From: Eubacteriales bacterium
Lineage (GTDB): Bacteria; Bacillota; Clostridia; Oscillospirales; SIG627
NCBI GenBank assembly: GCA_045543495.1
Contig: JAZQMO010000019.1
Span: 17,056 to 81,055 of the forward strand
Reading direction: 5' to 3'
Length of the DNA stretch: 64,000 nt
Every line of letters starts with the position of its first letter. The stretch's first letter is position 1. Shown here piece after piece: positions 1-9,039 of the stretch. The notes under the pieces are model-generated. The model was not told the origin of the DNA. It searched no databases and saw nothing but the letters and a program-made list of their open reading frames with translations. Position numbers and translations under genes: made by a program.

Positions 1-373
<373 letters not shown>

Positions 374-386
374 TTATTTGTTCGGC

Positions 387-944
387 TCAGCCGGAAACCT
401 TTACCATAGCGTGGCGGATCACCTTATCCCCCACGGCGTAGCCCTTTTGCAGGACCTCGGTGACGGTGTTTTCCTCCACACCCTCCTTTTCCTCACGGAA
501 AACGGCCTCGTGGAAGACGGGATCAAAGGCATCGCCCTCGGCGGCTACGCTCTTGACCTCCATAGCATCCAAAATCTGGAAAAACTGGGCAATGATCATA
601 TCCACGCCCTTGCGGTAGTCCTCCGCCTCGGAAAACTTCTGTGCCCGATCAAAATTGTCAAATACGGGAAGGAGCTTTTTGATCACATCTGCCTTGGAGG
701 CAAAGTAGATCTCATCCTTCTCACGGGCGGTACGCTTTTTGAAATTATCGTATTCCGCCAAAATGCGGAGGTATTTATCCTCGGATTCCGCCAAGGCCTT
801 TTTGGCCTCATCCAATTCCTTCAAGGTCTCGGCTAAGGCGATCTCTTCTGCCCGAGTATCCTTTTTCGCTTCTTTTTTTTCTTTTACCTTGCTCTTTGCT
901 TCGGTGCTTTCCGTTTCCACGGCTTCTTCCTTCTTCTTTGCCAT
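387..944 (-). CDS. grpE: Nucleotide exchange factor GrpE
   Basis: ORF 387..968. The internal ATG at 944 has an AAGGAAGGA Shine-Dalgarno and sits 1 nt after the hrcA stop. K/E-rich N-terminus, then a DKYLRILAEYDNFKKRTAREKD GrpE-type block. Confidence 0.9.
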   Translation of the reverse strand: MAKKKEEAVETESTEAKSKVKEKKEAKKDTRAEEIALAETLKELDEAKKALAESEDKYLRILAEYDNFKKRTAREKDEIYFASKADVIKKLLPVFDNFDRAQKFSEAEDYRKGVDMIIAQFFQILDAMEVKSVAAEGDAFDPVFHEAVFREEKEGVEENTVTEVLQKGYAVGDKVIRHAMVKVSG

Positions 945-945
945 G

Positions 946-1998
946 CTATCCTTCCTTTGTCTGTTCAATCAGCGGCAGGCTGGGCTCAAAGCCGCTGACC
1001 GCATTTATTTTTTTGGCAAGATATTCAAGCCTTGCCATGGCCTTGGTGTAATTCATTCGCTTGGGGCCGATGATGCAGACCGTTCCCTCGGGCCCGTGTC
1101 CCAATCGGAAGGGGCAGATCACGTAGCTTGCGCCTGCGATCCCGTCCTCCTCTGAGGCAATGTGAACCCGAAGCCCCGTGGCCCAGTCCTGACGGAAGCG
1201 ATCCAAAAGGCCCCGTTGATCCTCCAATTCCCGAACCAGTCTCACAGCGGCATCTCCCTCGGAAAACTCGGGGTATTCCAAAAGATTGCTCATCCCCTTG
1301 ACGGCGATCTCCTCCTTGCCCGTGCGGGCGACCACCTCGTAAATGCTTTGGAGCAGAACCGCCGCAATGCTGCGGTAGGAGCCAAGCTCCTTTTCCATGG
1401 CCAAAAGCCGCTCCAGCGTAAGCCCGCCCAATTCCTTTTTGGCCAAATGGTCATTTAAGGTGTCGACCACAAAGGAAACAGCCTTGGGGCTCAGGGGCAG
1501 ATCCACCTGCAGGGTCTTGGTAATGGCCTTGCCCTCGGAGGTGATGAGAACCAAAAGAAAGCTTTTGGGGTTGATGTAAACCCCCTCAAAGCGCTCCACG
1601 GTGCCGCATCGCTCGGTGGCAAAGGCCACCACGGCGTAGCCGGTCATTTTGGAAAGAATACTTGCCATATCCTCCATCACCTGTCCCGTTTCCCGTCCCG
1701 CGGAGGAGAGCAGGGAATTGAGGATCAGGGTCTCCTCAAAGGAGAGGTGGTATTCCTCCATGAGGGAATTGACATAGATCCGATACCCGCGGGAGGTGGG
1801 AACCCGCCCTGCGGAGGTGTGGGGCTGCTCCAAAAAGCCCATTTTTTCCAAATCGTTCATTTCGTTTCGGATGGTGGCGCTGGAGCAGGGGGGATGGATG
1901 CGATCCAAAATCGCCTTGGAGCCCACGGGCTCCCCCGTGGCAATATAAGAGTCGATCACCTCACGGAGAACGGCCTTTTTACGCTCGGTCAGTTCCAA
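946..1998 (-). CDS. hrcA: Heat-inducible transcription repressor HrcA
   Basis: ORF 946..2031. N-terminal winged-helix block VIDSYIATGEPVGSKAI plus a long HrcA C-domain. Start trimmed to TTG 1998 (MELTERKKAVLREV) because the ORF-track start lies inside the CIRCE operator. Confidence 0.88.
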   Translation of the reverse strand: MELTERKKAVLREVIDSYIATGEPVGSKAILDRIHPPCSSATIRNEMNDLEKMGFLEQPHTSAGRVPTSRGYRIYVNSLMEEYHLSFEETLILNSLLSSAGRETGQVMEDMASILSKMTGYAVVAFATERCGTVERFEGVYINPKSFLLVLITSEGKAITKTLQVDLPLSPKAVSFVVDTLNDHLAKKELGGLTLERLLAMEKELGSYRSIAAVLLQSIYEVVARTGKEEIAVKGMSNLLEYPEFSEGDAAVRLVRELEDQRGLLDRFRQDWATGLRVHIASEEDGIAGASYVICPFRLGHGPEGTVCIIGPKRMNYTKAMARLEYLAKKINAVSGFEPSLPLIEQTKEG

Positions 1999-2020
1999 TC
2001 CAATCACCGCCTTTCGGATT

Positions 2021-2047
2021 TTGGCACTCAAAGGGCGAGAGTGCTAA
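2021..2047 (-). promoter_or_regulatory. CIRCE operator (HrcA binding site)
   Basis: TTGGCACTC-N9-GAGTGCTAA inverted repeat. One mismatch to consensus TTAGCACTC-N9-GAGTGCTAA. Located between the predicted promoter and hrcA. Confidence 0.9.
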
Positions 2048-2060
2048 TTCCCTTGAACAT

Positions 2061-2089
2061 ACTTTATCACGAATGGAAATAAAAGTCAA
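2061..2089 (-). promoter_or_regulatory. Sigma-A type promoter of the hrcA-grpE-dnaK operon
   Basis: Minus strand reads TTGACT (2089-2084), 17-nt spacer, TAAAGT (2066-2061), placed just upstream of CIRCE. Confidence 0.55.
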
Positions 2090-2379
2090 GCATATCACAA
2101 AAAATTCACATTTTTTCCCTTTCCGTCCCGTTTTTGATTCTTCCCGAGGATGCCCCGTTTTAACGGTTTTTTTCGAAAAAGTGAAGATCTGTTTTTTTCC
2201 GTTTTCCCCAAAAACGGGTCTTTTTTGTTGAAAATTAACAAAAAAACTTGAAAAAAATCGAAAATTTCTACCTCCTTTTGGGGAATTTTTATGCTATAAT
2301 ATAGATAATGAAAGAATCGGAGATCGGAAAGTCCGATCCTTCGCCACCGACCTATGAGTATGTCACAAGGAGCAAGATC

Positions 2380-2886
2380 ATGTTCGAAAAAGGAGAGCTG
2401 GTTCGTTACGGCGGATCCGGTGTCTGCAGGATCGAAGAGAAAACTACCCTGGAAATGGCAGGATCAACGCAGGAGTATTTCGTATTGTCCCCTCTGTTTA
2501 AGAGCGGCGTTTTGTACGTACCGTGCGCCAATGAGGAATTGGTGGGGCGTATCCTGCCTCTTTTGACTCCGGAGGAGATCGAAAAGGTGATTTTACAGGT
2601 CAGCGAAAGGCAAACGGATTGGATCCGTGATTTTCGCCGCCGCAGTGAAAGTGCCAAGAAGGCCCTTCAATCCGGCGACAGGGCCGATGCCCTCTATTTG
2701 ATCAAAAGCTTTTGGGCCAGAAGGATCGAGCAAAACGGGGAAGGCAAAAGGATCCACACCACCGACGATTATTTTCTGCGGGATGCCCAAAGCCTCATTT
2801 TCAGTGAATTTTCCTATGTATTGGGAAAAAGCGTGGAAGAGGTGGAAAAAGAGATCCGAGAGCGCTTCGGCATGAAGGAAGCATAA
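2380..2886 (+). CDS. CarD/CdnL-family RNA-polymerase-binding transcription regulator
   Basis: ORF 2308..2886. ATG 2380 has an AAGGAG SD 7 nt upstream. The N-terminus MFEKGELVRYGGSGVCRIEE...EYFVL resembles a CarD_CdnL_TRCF Tudor-like domain. Confidence 0.7.
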   Translation: MFEKGELVRYGGSGVCRIEEKTTLEMAGSTQEYFVLSPLFKSGVLYVPCANEELVGRILPLLTPEEIEKVILQVSERQTDWIRDFRRRSESAKKALQSGDRADALYLIKSFWARRIEQNGEGKRIHTTDDYFLRDAQSLIFSEFSYVLGKSVEEVEKEIRERFGMKEA

Positions 2887-2894
2887 GAATCGAT

Positions 2895-2930
2895 AAAAAA
2901 ACGGAGACACCGTCGTGTCTCCGTTTTTTG
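2895..2930. terminator. Bidirectional rho-independent terminator between carD-like and dpaB
   Basis: 10-bp stem ACGGAGACAC(2901-2910)/GTGTCTCCGT(2915-2924), with an A-tract before and a T-tract after. Confidence 0.75.
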
Positions 2931-2932
2931 CA

Positions 2933-3499
2933 TTATAAAAACAGGGGCTGAAGCTGGCGGTCCTCCCGTGCGGCACGGATGGCCTCGGGAAGAAGGGACA
3001 GATCACAGGAGAGAGAATAGGGCTTCTCCTCGGGAGCATCCTGCCGCATGGGGACAAAATAAAAGCCCTTTTTTTCAAGTAGTGTACCAAGACTCTTCAC
3101 CGAGCCCGAGAGGGCATCGTTGGTGGAGAGGGCGCAAAGCACCCGCCCGCCTCTGCGGCGGTGGGATTTGACTGCCATGGTCACACAGCCGTCGGTGATC
3201 CCCAGTGCCATTTTGGAAAGGGTGTTTCCCGTACAGGGGCACACCACCATCAGATCCAAGAGTCCCTTGGGGCCGATGGGCTCCGCCTCGGGAATGGTGA
3301 GAATGGGGCGCTCGCCCGTAATGGACTCCACCTTTGCCAGCACCTCCTCTTTTTTGAAAAAGCGGGTATCGGTTCCCGCTACATGCTCGGATACAATGGG
3401 GATGATACGGTAATCGTCCTTCAGACGCTTCATCCATTCAAAGGCCTTCTCCAGGGTGCAAAAGGAGCCCGTGAGAGCAAAGCCGATTGTTGGTTTCAA
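2933..3499 (-). CDS. dpaB: Dipicolinate synthase subunit B (SpoVFB, flavoprotein-like)
   Basis: 188 aa. MKPTIGFALTGSFCT...VCPCTGNTLSKMALGITD is typical of DpaB. Lies immediately downstream of dpaA. Confidence 0.85.
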   Translation of the reverse strand: MKPTIGFALTGSFCTLEKAFEWMKRLKDDYRIIPIVSEHVAGTDTRFFKKEEVLAKVESITGERPILTIPEAEPIGPKGLLDLMVVCPCTGNTLSKMALGITDGCVTMAVKSHRRRGGRVLCALSTNDALSGSVKSLGTLLEKKGFYFVPMRQDAPEEKPYSLSCDLSLLPEAIRAAREDRQLQPLFL

Positions 3500-3520
3500 G
3501 TGTTTCCCTCGCTTTCTTTG

Positions 3521-4270
3521 TTATGTGAGAAACCGCTCCATGAGAGAAAAAATGGTCTCGGCCTCCGTTTCGGGAGCAAAGCGGCCGGGAAGAGAGGGGA
3601 GGGGGACCCATTGGATCCCTTGCTTGGCCAAGGCCTCGGGATCGGCTCCCGAAAGACCCGAGGCCACCTGAAAGAGCTTGGTGCCCTGTCGCATCCCACG
3701 GCAAAACGCCTCGGTGAGAAGGGGAGCGGGAACGGTGTTGATCACAAGGTCAAACATTCCCATCCGATCCCCCGGTGCGTGGTAGAGGTTGAAGCCGTCC
3801 TCCTTCGCTCGCTTCATGGAGCCCTCGTGGGAGAAGATCCAAACCTCGCTTCCGCACAGCCAAAAAAGCCTTGCCAGAGCTCGGCCGCAGTGGCCGTAGC
3901 CGCAGATGAGAATACAGGCCTCAGAAAGAAGCCTGTCGGTGCTTCTGATCACCTCGGAGAGAGTGCCCTCAGCGGTGGCGGAGCTGTTTTTTTCCAAATA
4001 CAGCTCCTCCTCCAGCAGGCAAAAAAGGGAGAGTCCCATTTCCTTCAGGGCAGTTTTCGTTTTTTCCGAGGCTCGCCCCGCAAACAGAACACTGCCCCGT
4101 TTTGCTTTCCTTGCGATCTGCAGGATCTCCTCGTCCCTTGCCCCCAAGGGGAGCAAATAGAGACCCCTCTTTTCCCTCGGCTCGCGGTGGCAGGTAAGCC
4201 CTCTTTCACGGCAAAGCCGCTCAATGGCGGAGAATCGCCCGTCGGTTCCCAAAATATAAACCTCGTCCAT
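3521..4270 (-). CDS. dpaA: Dipicolinate synthase subunit A (SpoVFA)
   Basis: 249 aa. Rossmann-type loop ILICGYGHCGRALA. Adjacent and upstream of dpaB, as in spoVFA-spoVFB. Confidence 0.8.
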   Translation of the reverse strand: MDEVYILGTDGRFSAIERLCRERGLTCHREPREKRGLYLLPLGARDEEILQIARKAKRGSVLFAGRASEKTKTALKEMGLSLFCLLEEELYLEKNSSATAEGTLSEVIRSTDRLLSEACILICGYGHCGRALARLFWLCGSEVWIFSHEGSMKRAKEDGFNLYHAPGDRMGMFDLVINTVPAPLLTEAFCRGMRQGTKLFQVASGLSGADPEALAKQGIQWVPLPSLPGRFAPETEAETIFSLMERFLT

Positions 4271-4450
4271 AAAAAGCCCTCCTTTACGGTTCCCTTTTAG
4301 AATATGATTTCAGGCAGCGCTTTGACACGGCACCTCCGATTTCTGACCGCTTTTTTTCTTTTGAAAACGAGAGCGATCAAAAGAGAAAAAAAGAAAAGTT
4401 TTTTGTGCAAAACGCATTAAAAAACATGGCTTTTTTGTGCAAATTGGCTC

Positions 4451-4480
4451 TTGCTTTCTCTTTCTGTGAAACGATACAAT
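4451..4480 (+). promoter_or_regulatory. Sigma-A type promoter of array unit 1
   Basis: TTGCTT (4451-4456), 18-nt spacer, TACAAT (4475-4480). Confidence 0.4.
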
Positions 4481-4536
4481 AAAGGTAAATCAAACTCCGA
4501 TTTTTCTTTCCGAAAATCGGCAAAAGGAGAATGACA

Positions 4537-5781
4537 ATGTTAAAAGATACCTTAAAGGAAAAAGGCTATATTCTTCCCGAAGGATTTTCCGTAGGCTTTG
4601 CCTCTGCGGTGGTCAATCCCCCCAACGGCGTCAGTATGGCAGGCTACGGCGTGGCCAATGCCAAGGTGAGACTGACCACGGAGAATTGGGAGGATCTGAA
4701 GGTTCTCTGCGCCGCTTGGTCCGACGGAGAAAATCTTACTATGACCTGTACCTTTGATACCTGTCAGATCGCCGAGAGCGTGGCAAGACCCGTGCTTCGT
4801 ATGATGGAGGAGGAGATCGGCATCCCCGAGGAAAATGTGATCTTCAACGTGATCCATACCCACGCCGCTCCCACCATGTATACCACCTCTGCCGATTGGC
4901 CCGGCGTTCCGGAGTATCAGAAAAACGTGTTTTACCCCGCCCTGCTTCAGGCCGCCAAGGAGGCGGTGAAGGATCTTGCTCCCGCTACCCTTTCTCTGGG
5001 CCGCGGCAAGACCGAGGGGCTTTCCTATGTGCGCCGCTATCTGCTCAGCGATGGCACCTACAAGACCAATCCCCGCGGAGACGATGTGCCCGTTGCACAC
5101 GAAACGAGCCACGATGAGACCATGCAGGTGGTTCGCATTCACCGTGAGGGCGCAAAGGATCTTGTTATCATCAACTGGCAGTGCCATCCCACCAGCGCAG
5201 GCGGTGCCGGTCATACCAATACCAGCCCCGACTGGGTGGGAATCCTGCGTGACCGTGTGGAGGCAGAGCTTGATGTGCACTGTATGTTCCATCAGGGCGC
5301 CGCAGGCAATATCGTAGGAAGCGGCAAGCTTCCCGGAGAAGAGGTGTTCGGCCGTGACCGCTATGTGGAGCACGGAGAAAAAATTGCCCGGGTGGCTCTG
5401 AAGATCCTCTCCTCTCCCATGGCTCCTCTTGCCACGGGTAAGGTGCAGGCCACCAAGAAAATGCTCCCCTTGCCTCGGAAGGAGGATGAGAGCACGACCC
5501 GCGATATTCCCATTTCCGCTCTGTCTATGGGTCAGCTTTCCTTTGCCACTGCGCCCTATGAAATGTTCTCTGCCAACGGAGAATGGATCAAGGCCAATAC
5601 CCCCTTTGATGTGACCTTCGTTTGTGAAAACACCAACGGGAACTACAACTACGTTCCCTCCAAGGAAAGCTATCCTCACGGAAGCTATGAGGTTCGCATC
5701 TGTCCCTTTGCCATGGGTGCCGCTGAGACCGTGGCCGAGGAGCTGGTTTCCATGCTCAAGGCTCAAAGCCAAAACGCTTAA
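4537..5781 (+). CDS. Neutral-ceramidase-like metallo-amidohydrolase, paralog 1 of 12 (cytoplasmic form, most divergent copy)
   Basis: ORF 4531..5781. ATG 4537 is better spaced from the AAAGGAGA SD. Motifs LPEGFSVGFA, NVIHTHAAP, LSYVRRY, INWQCHPTS, HQGAAGN, APYEMF, GSYEV. No signal peptide. CDS is certain; the family call rests on motif order only. Confidence 0.75.
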   Translation: MLKDTLKEKGYILPEGFSVGFASAVVNPPNGVSMAGYGVANAKVRLTTENWEDLKVLCAAWSDGENLTMTCTFDTCQIAESVARPVLRMMEEEIGIPEENVIFNVIHTHAAPTMYTTSADWPGVPEYQKNVFYPALLQAAKEAVKDLAPATLSLGRGKTEGLSYVRRYLLSDGTYKTNPRGDDVPVAHETSHDETMQVVRIHREGAKDLVIINWQCHPTSAGGAGHTNTSPDWVGILRDRVEAELDVHCMFHQGAAGNIVGSGKLPGEEVFGRDRYVEHGEKIARVALKILSSPMAPLATGKVQATKKMLPLPRKEDESTTRDIPISALSMGQLSFATAPYEMFSANGEWIKANTPFDVTFVCENTNGNYNYVPSKESYPHGSYEVRICPFAMGAAETVAEELVSMLKAQSQNA

Positions 5782-5798
5782 TCTGCAAAATCAGGATA

Positions 5799-5840
5799 AA
5801 ACACCCAAGGGTTCCCTAAAAGCCCTTGGGTGTTTTTTTG
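5799..5840 (+). terminator. Rho-independent terminator after paralog 1
   Basis: Stem ACACCCAAGGG(5801-5811)/CCCTTGGGTGT(5823-5833) followed by a T-run. Confidence 0.75.
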
Positions 5841-5934
5841 CAAAAGGAAATAATGTTCATAAAATTGCAAAAAAATAATAATTATTTTATGTAAAATCTA
5901 AGAAAAAGTGCAAATAATTCATCAAATCTGCATC

Positions 5935-5963
5935 TTGCCACAATATTTCGGGTGGGATATAAT
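5935..5963 (+). promoter_or_regulatory. Sigma-A type promoter of array unit 2
   Basis: TTGCCA (5935-5940), 17-nt spacer, TATAAT (5958-5963). Confidence 0.55.
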
Positions 5964-6004
5964 GAAGAAAAGCGGGGCTTGTTCCCGAGAAAGGACCCGA
6001 TGAA

Positions 6005-7375
6005 ATGAAACGTACTTTATCTTTGATCTTATGTCTTTGTATTCTTTGCTCTCTCGTTTCCTGCGCTTCCTCCTTGCCTGTGGAGGAAACGGTGGAGAAA
6101 ACAGAGGAAACAAAAGAAATCACTGCCGAGAAAACCGAGGAAGAAAAGGATCTCGGCCCCATCACCTTGCCCCAAGGCTTCTCGGTAGGCTGGGCAAGAA
6201 GCGATGTGACCCCCGCCAACGGCACGGCCTTGGCAGGCTACGGTGCCGCCAGCAACACCAAGAGACTCAGCAGCAGAGTGCTGGATCCCCTTCTTCTCAC
6301 CTGTACCGCCGTGTCCGACGGAGAAAATGTAGCCCTCCTCTTTTCCACCGATAATCTTTATGTCGGTCAGGCGATCTTTGAGCAGGCAGTAAAGCTGGTG
6401 GGGAAGATCTATGATATCTCTCAAAGCAATATCATTATGAATGCCACTCATACCCACTCTGCCGCTCCGCTTCATTACAGCGGCTTTGCGGGAGAGGGCG
6501 CTTATCTGAAAAAGTATTACGCCGCCGTCAAGGAGAGTGCCGAGGGTGCTCTGCGGGATCTGGAGGAGGCTGAAATCTACATTGGTTCCGCCAATACCGA
6601 AAACTTAAACTATGTTCGCAGATACGTGAATTTAGAGGACGGCTCCTATGCGGGAAAGAATCTGAACAATGCCGATCCTGCCAAAATCGGCCACGAAACC
6701 GAGGCGGATACTCTGATGCAGATCGTAAAATTTGACCGCAAGACCAAACAGGATGTGGTGCTTTGTAACTGGCAGTGCCACGTAACCGGCCCCGGCTCCG
6801 AGAGCGGGGGAGAGGTTTCCGCCGACTGGGTGGGCACCTTCCGCAAGAACATAGAGGAAAAAGCGAGCGTGCTTTTCTCTTATCATCAGGGTGCGGCAGG
6901 CAACCTTGCCGCAAACAGCGGAATTTCGGATGAGCCCAGCAATAAGGATTATTTTGAGCACGGGAAAAAGCTTTGCGCTGTCGCTATGTCTGCCATGGAG
7001 AATATGAAAAAGGTGAATTCCGGTAAGGTGCAGGCCATTATGCAGAACCATACCGCCACCTACAACACCGATTATAAGCCCGAGGGAGGCACCTTTGATT
7101 TCCTCATCAGCGGCATTTCCATCGGCGATGTTGCCTTTGCCGCCGCTCCTTACGAGATGCACGATACCAACGGAATGGAATTGAAAGCCGCTTCCCCCTT
7201 TGAGATGACCTTCGTCTGCGCTTATTCCAACGGAGTCTGGGGCTATATGGCATCCTCCGCCGCCTTTGAAAACGGCGGCTACGAGGTGGATTCCACCCGT
7301 TTCGTGAAGGGCACGGGAGAGAATGTCATTCGGGATCTGACCGGAATTCTGAATACCCTTTACCAAACCAAATAA
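6005..7375 (+). CDS. Neutral-ceramidase-like amidohydrolase, paralog 2 (lipoprotein form)
   Basis: 456 aa. Signal peptide MKRTLSLILCLCILCSLVSC with lipobox LVSC. 34-aa T/E/K-rich linker. Motifs LPQGFSVGWA, NATHTHSAP, LNYVRRY, CNWQCH, HQGAAGN, APYEMHD, GGYEV. Confidence 0.8.
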   Translation: MKRTLSLILCLCILCSLVSCASSLPVEETVEKTEETKEITAEKTEEEKDLGPITLPQGFSVGWARSDVTPANGTALAGYGAASNTKRLSSRVLDPLLLTCTAVSDGENVALLFSTDNLYVGQAIFEQAVKLVGKIYDISQSNIIMNATHTHSAAPLHYSGFAGEGAYLKKYYAAVKESAEGALRDLEEAEIYIGSANTENLNYVRRYVNLEDGSYAGKNLNNADPAKIGHETEADTLMQIVKFDRKTKQDVVLCNWQCHVTGPGSESGGEVSADWVGTFRKNIEEKASVLFSYHQGAAGNLAANSGISDEPSNKDYFEHGKKLCAVAMSAMENMKKVNSGKVQAIMQNHTATYNTDYKPEGGTFDFLISGISIGDVAFAAAPYEMHDTNGMELKAASPFEMTFVCAYSNGVWGYMASSAAFENGGYEVDSTRFVKGTGENVIRDLTGILNTLYQTK

Positions 7376-7399
7376 TCCTAAGCAAAAAGAAAAAAAGCA

Positions 7400-7432
7400 A
7401 AAAATCCGTTGCTCGGCGACGGATTTTTTTGC
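7400..7432 (+). terminator. Rho-independent terminator after paralog 2
   Basis: ATCCGT(7404-7409)...ACGGAT(7419-7424) stem followed by TTTTTTT. Confidence 0.65.
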
Positions 7433-7589
7433 TTTTTGGCTTATGAACGGAGAAAAATATTTTCCATAACAACTTTTCATTGGAATTTGTGCTTTTTTGA
7501 CTATCTTTTACAGGTAATGTGTGGTATTCTATTTTTACAGAGATCCTTGGATCCAACCGTTTTACCAAAAACAGAATTTGGGAGGAATT

Positions 7590-8984
7590 ATGAAAAAAAT
7601 CGTATCCTTAATTTTGAGCTTCGTTCTGATGCTTTCCCTCGTCTCCTGCGCTTCTTCCCTTGGGGTGGAAAGCACCGAGGAAACGAAGGGGGCCGTCGGG
7701 GAGACCGCTACGGGAGAGGAACCCGAAAAGGAAACGGGAGTGAGGAAGGACTTTACCCTGCCCGAGGGCTTTTGTGCAGGCTTTGCCAAAGAGGTGGTCA
7801 ACCCTGAAGAAGGCGTGTTTCTCGGGGGCTTTTCCGGCGTGAGCCACCGTGTCAACGAAACCACGGCAGATGATATCTATCTTTCCTGCCTTGCCGTCTC
7901 CGACGGAGAAAACGTATTCTTTTACTTTTCCATGGATTCCACTCAGATGGGCGCCACCATTGCCGAGCGGGTGGCCTCCATTGCCGAGCAGAGCTTCGGA
8001 ATTCCTGCCGATCACGTGATCATCAATGCCACCCATACCCACTCGGGCCCCGGTATGTATTCCACGGGCAGCGCAGGTATGGTGCCTTACGTGAGGGATG
8101 TTTTTTATCCCGCCGCCCGGCGCCTTATGGGAAATGCCCTGGAGGATCTTTCCGAAGCTACCCTCAAGTACGGTACCTCTGAGGCCAAGGGGATGAATTA
8201 TGTTCGCCGCTATGTTTCTCTGGAAACGGGCGCTTTTTTGGGCAAGAATCTCTCCTCGGGTCAGGATCCCGCCAAGGTGGCTCACGAAACCGAGGCCGAT
8301 TCCGTAATGCGGGTGCTCCGCTTTGTCCGTGAGGGCAAGGAGGACGTTGTCCTTTGCAACTGGCAGTGCCACCCCTGCACGGCAGGCATCGGCTCCGCCA
8401 AGGCTACCATTCTTTCCTCCGACTGGATCTCCACCCTTCGCAAGACCGTGGAGGAGACCGAGAAGGTTCAATTCATCTATATGCAGGGTGCCGCAGGCAA
8501 CCTTTCCAATAACGGCCGCATCAAGGGAGAAAAGGTGAATTCCGATTACCGCAAATTCGGCACGGAATTGGCTTCCTTCGTGTCTCTTGCCATGGAAAAC
8601 GGAAAGGAAGTTGCCACGGGCAACATTCAGGTTAAGCGTGAGAAAGTGACGGTGAATTACAGCAAGGAGTATCAGACGAATAATAATTCCTCCAAATCCC
8701 ACGCCATGTCCCTTTGGGCCATTTCCTTCGGCGGGGTCGGCATTGCCACCCTCCCCGGTGAGCTTCACGATTCTCTGGGTGTTTCTCTCAGAGAAAAATC
8801 CCCCTACGACGTGACCCTCTTCTCCGGCTATACCAACGGAACCCATGGCTACTTTGCCGCCGATTTTGCCTATGAAAACGGCGGCTACGAGGTGGATTCC
8901 TCCCGCCACGTGAGAGGCACCTCCGAAGAGATGGTGGAGAAGCTTGTGGGAATGCTTCAGGAATTGCATCAGACCAATTCCTGA
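7590..8984 (+). CDS. Neutral-ceramidase-like amidohydrolase, paralog 3 (lipoprotein form)
   Basis: ORF 7521..8984. ATG 7590 follows a GGGAGGA SD. MKKIVSLILSFVLMLSLVSC lipobox. 36-aa acidic linker. NATHTHSGP, MNYVRRY, CNWQCHPCT, MQGAAGN, GGYEV. Confidence 0.8.
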   Translation: MKKIVSLILSFVLMLSLVSCASSLGVESTEETKGAVGETATGEEPEKETGVRKDFTLPEGFCAGFAKEVVNPEEGVFLGGFSGVSHRVNETTADDIYLSCLAVSDGENVFFYFSMDSTQMGATIAERVASIAEQSFGIPADHVIINATHTHSGPGMYSTGSAGMVPYVRDVFYPAARRLMGNALEDLSEATLKYGTSEAKGMNYVRRYVSLETGAFLGKNLSSGQDPAKVAHETEADSVMRVLRFVREGKEDVVLCNWQCHPCTAGIGSAKATILSSDWISTLRKTVEETEKVQFIYMQGAAGNLSNNGRIKGEKVNSDYRKFGTELASFVSLAMENGKEVATGNIQVKREKVTVNYSKEYQTNNNSSKSHAMSLWAISFGGVGIATLPGELHDSLGVSLREKSPYDVTLFSGYTNGTHGYFAADFAYENGGYEVDSSRHVRGTSEEMVEKLVGMLQELHQTNS

Positions 8985-9039
8985 TTCCATTGACTTTGAC
9001 AAAGGGTGACCCCTATGAATCCTAATGACAGGAGATAAT

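Noticed and set aside
3161-4300. 379-aa + strand ORF across dpaB/dpaA.
   Set aside because: It is antisense to two well-supported sporulation genes and has no motifs.
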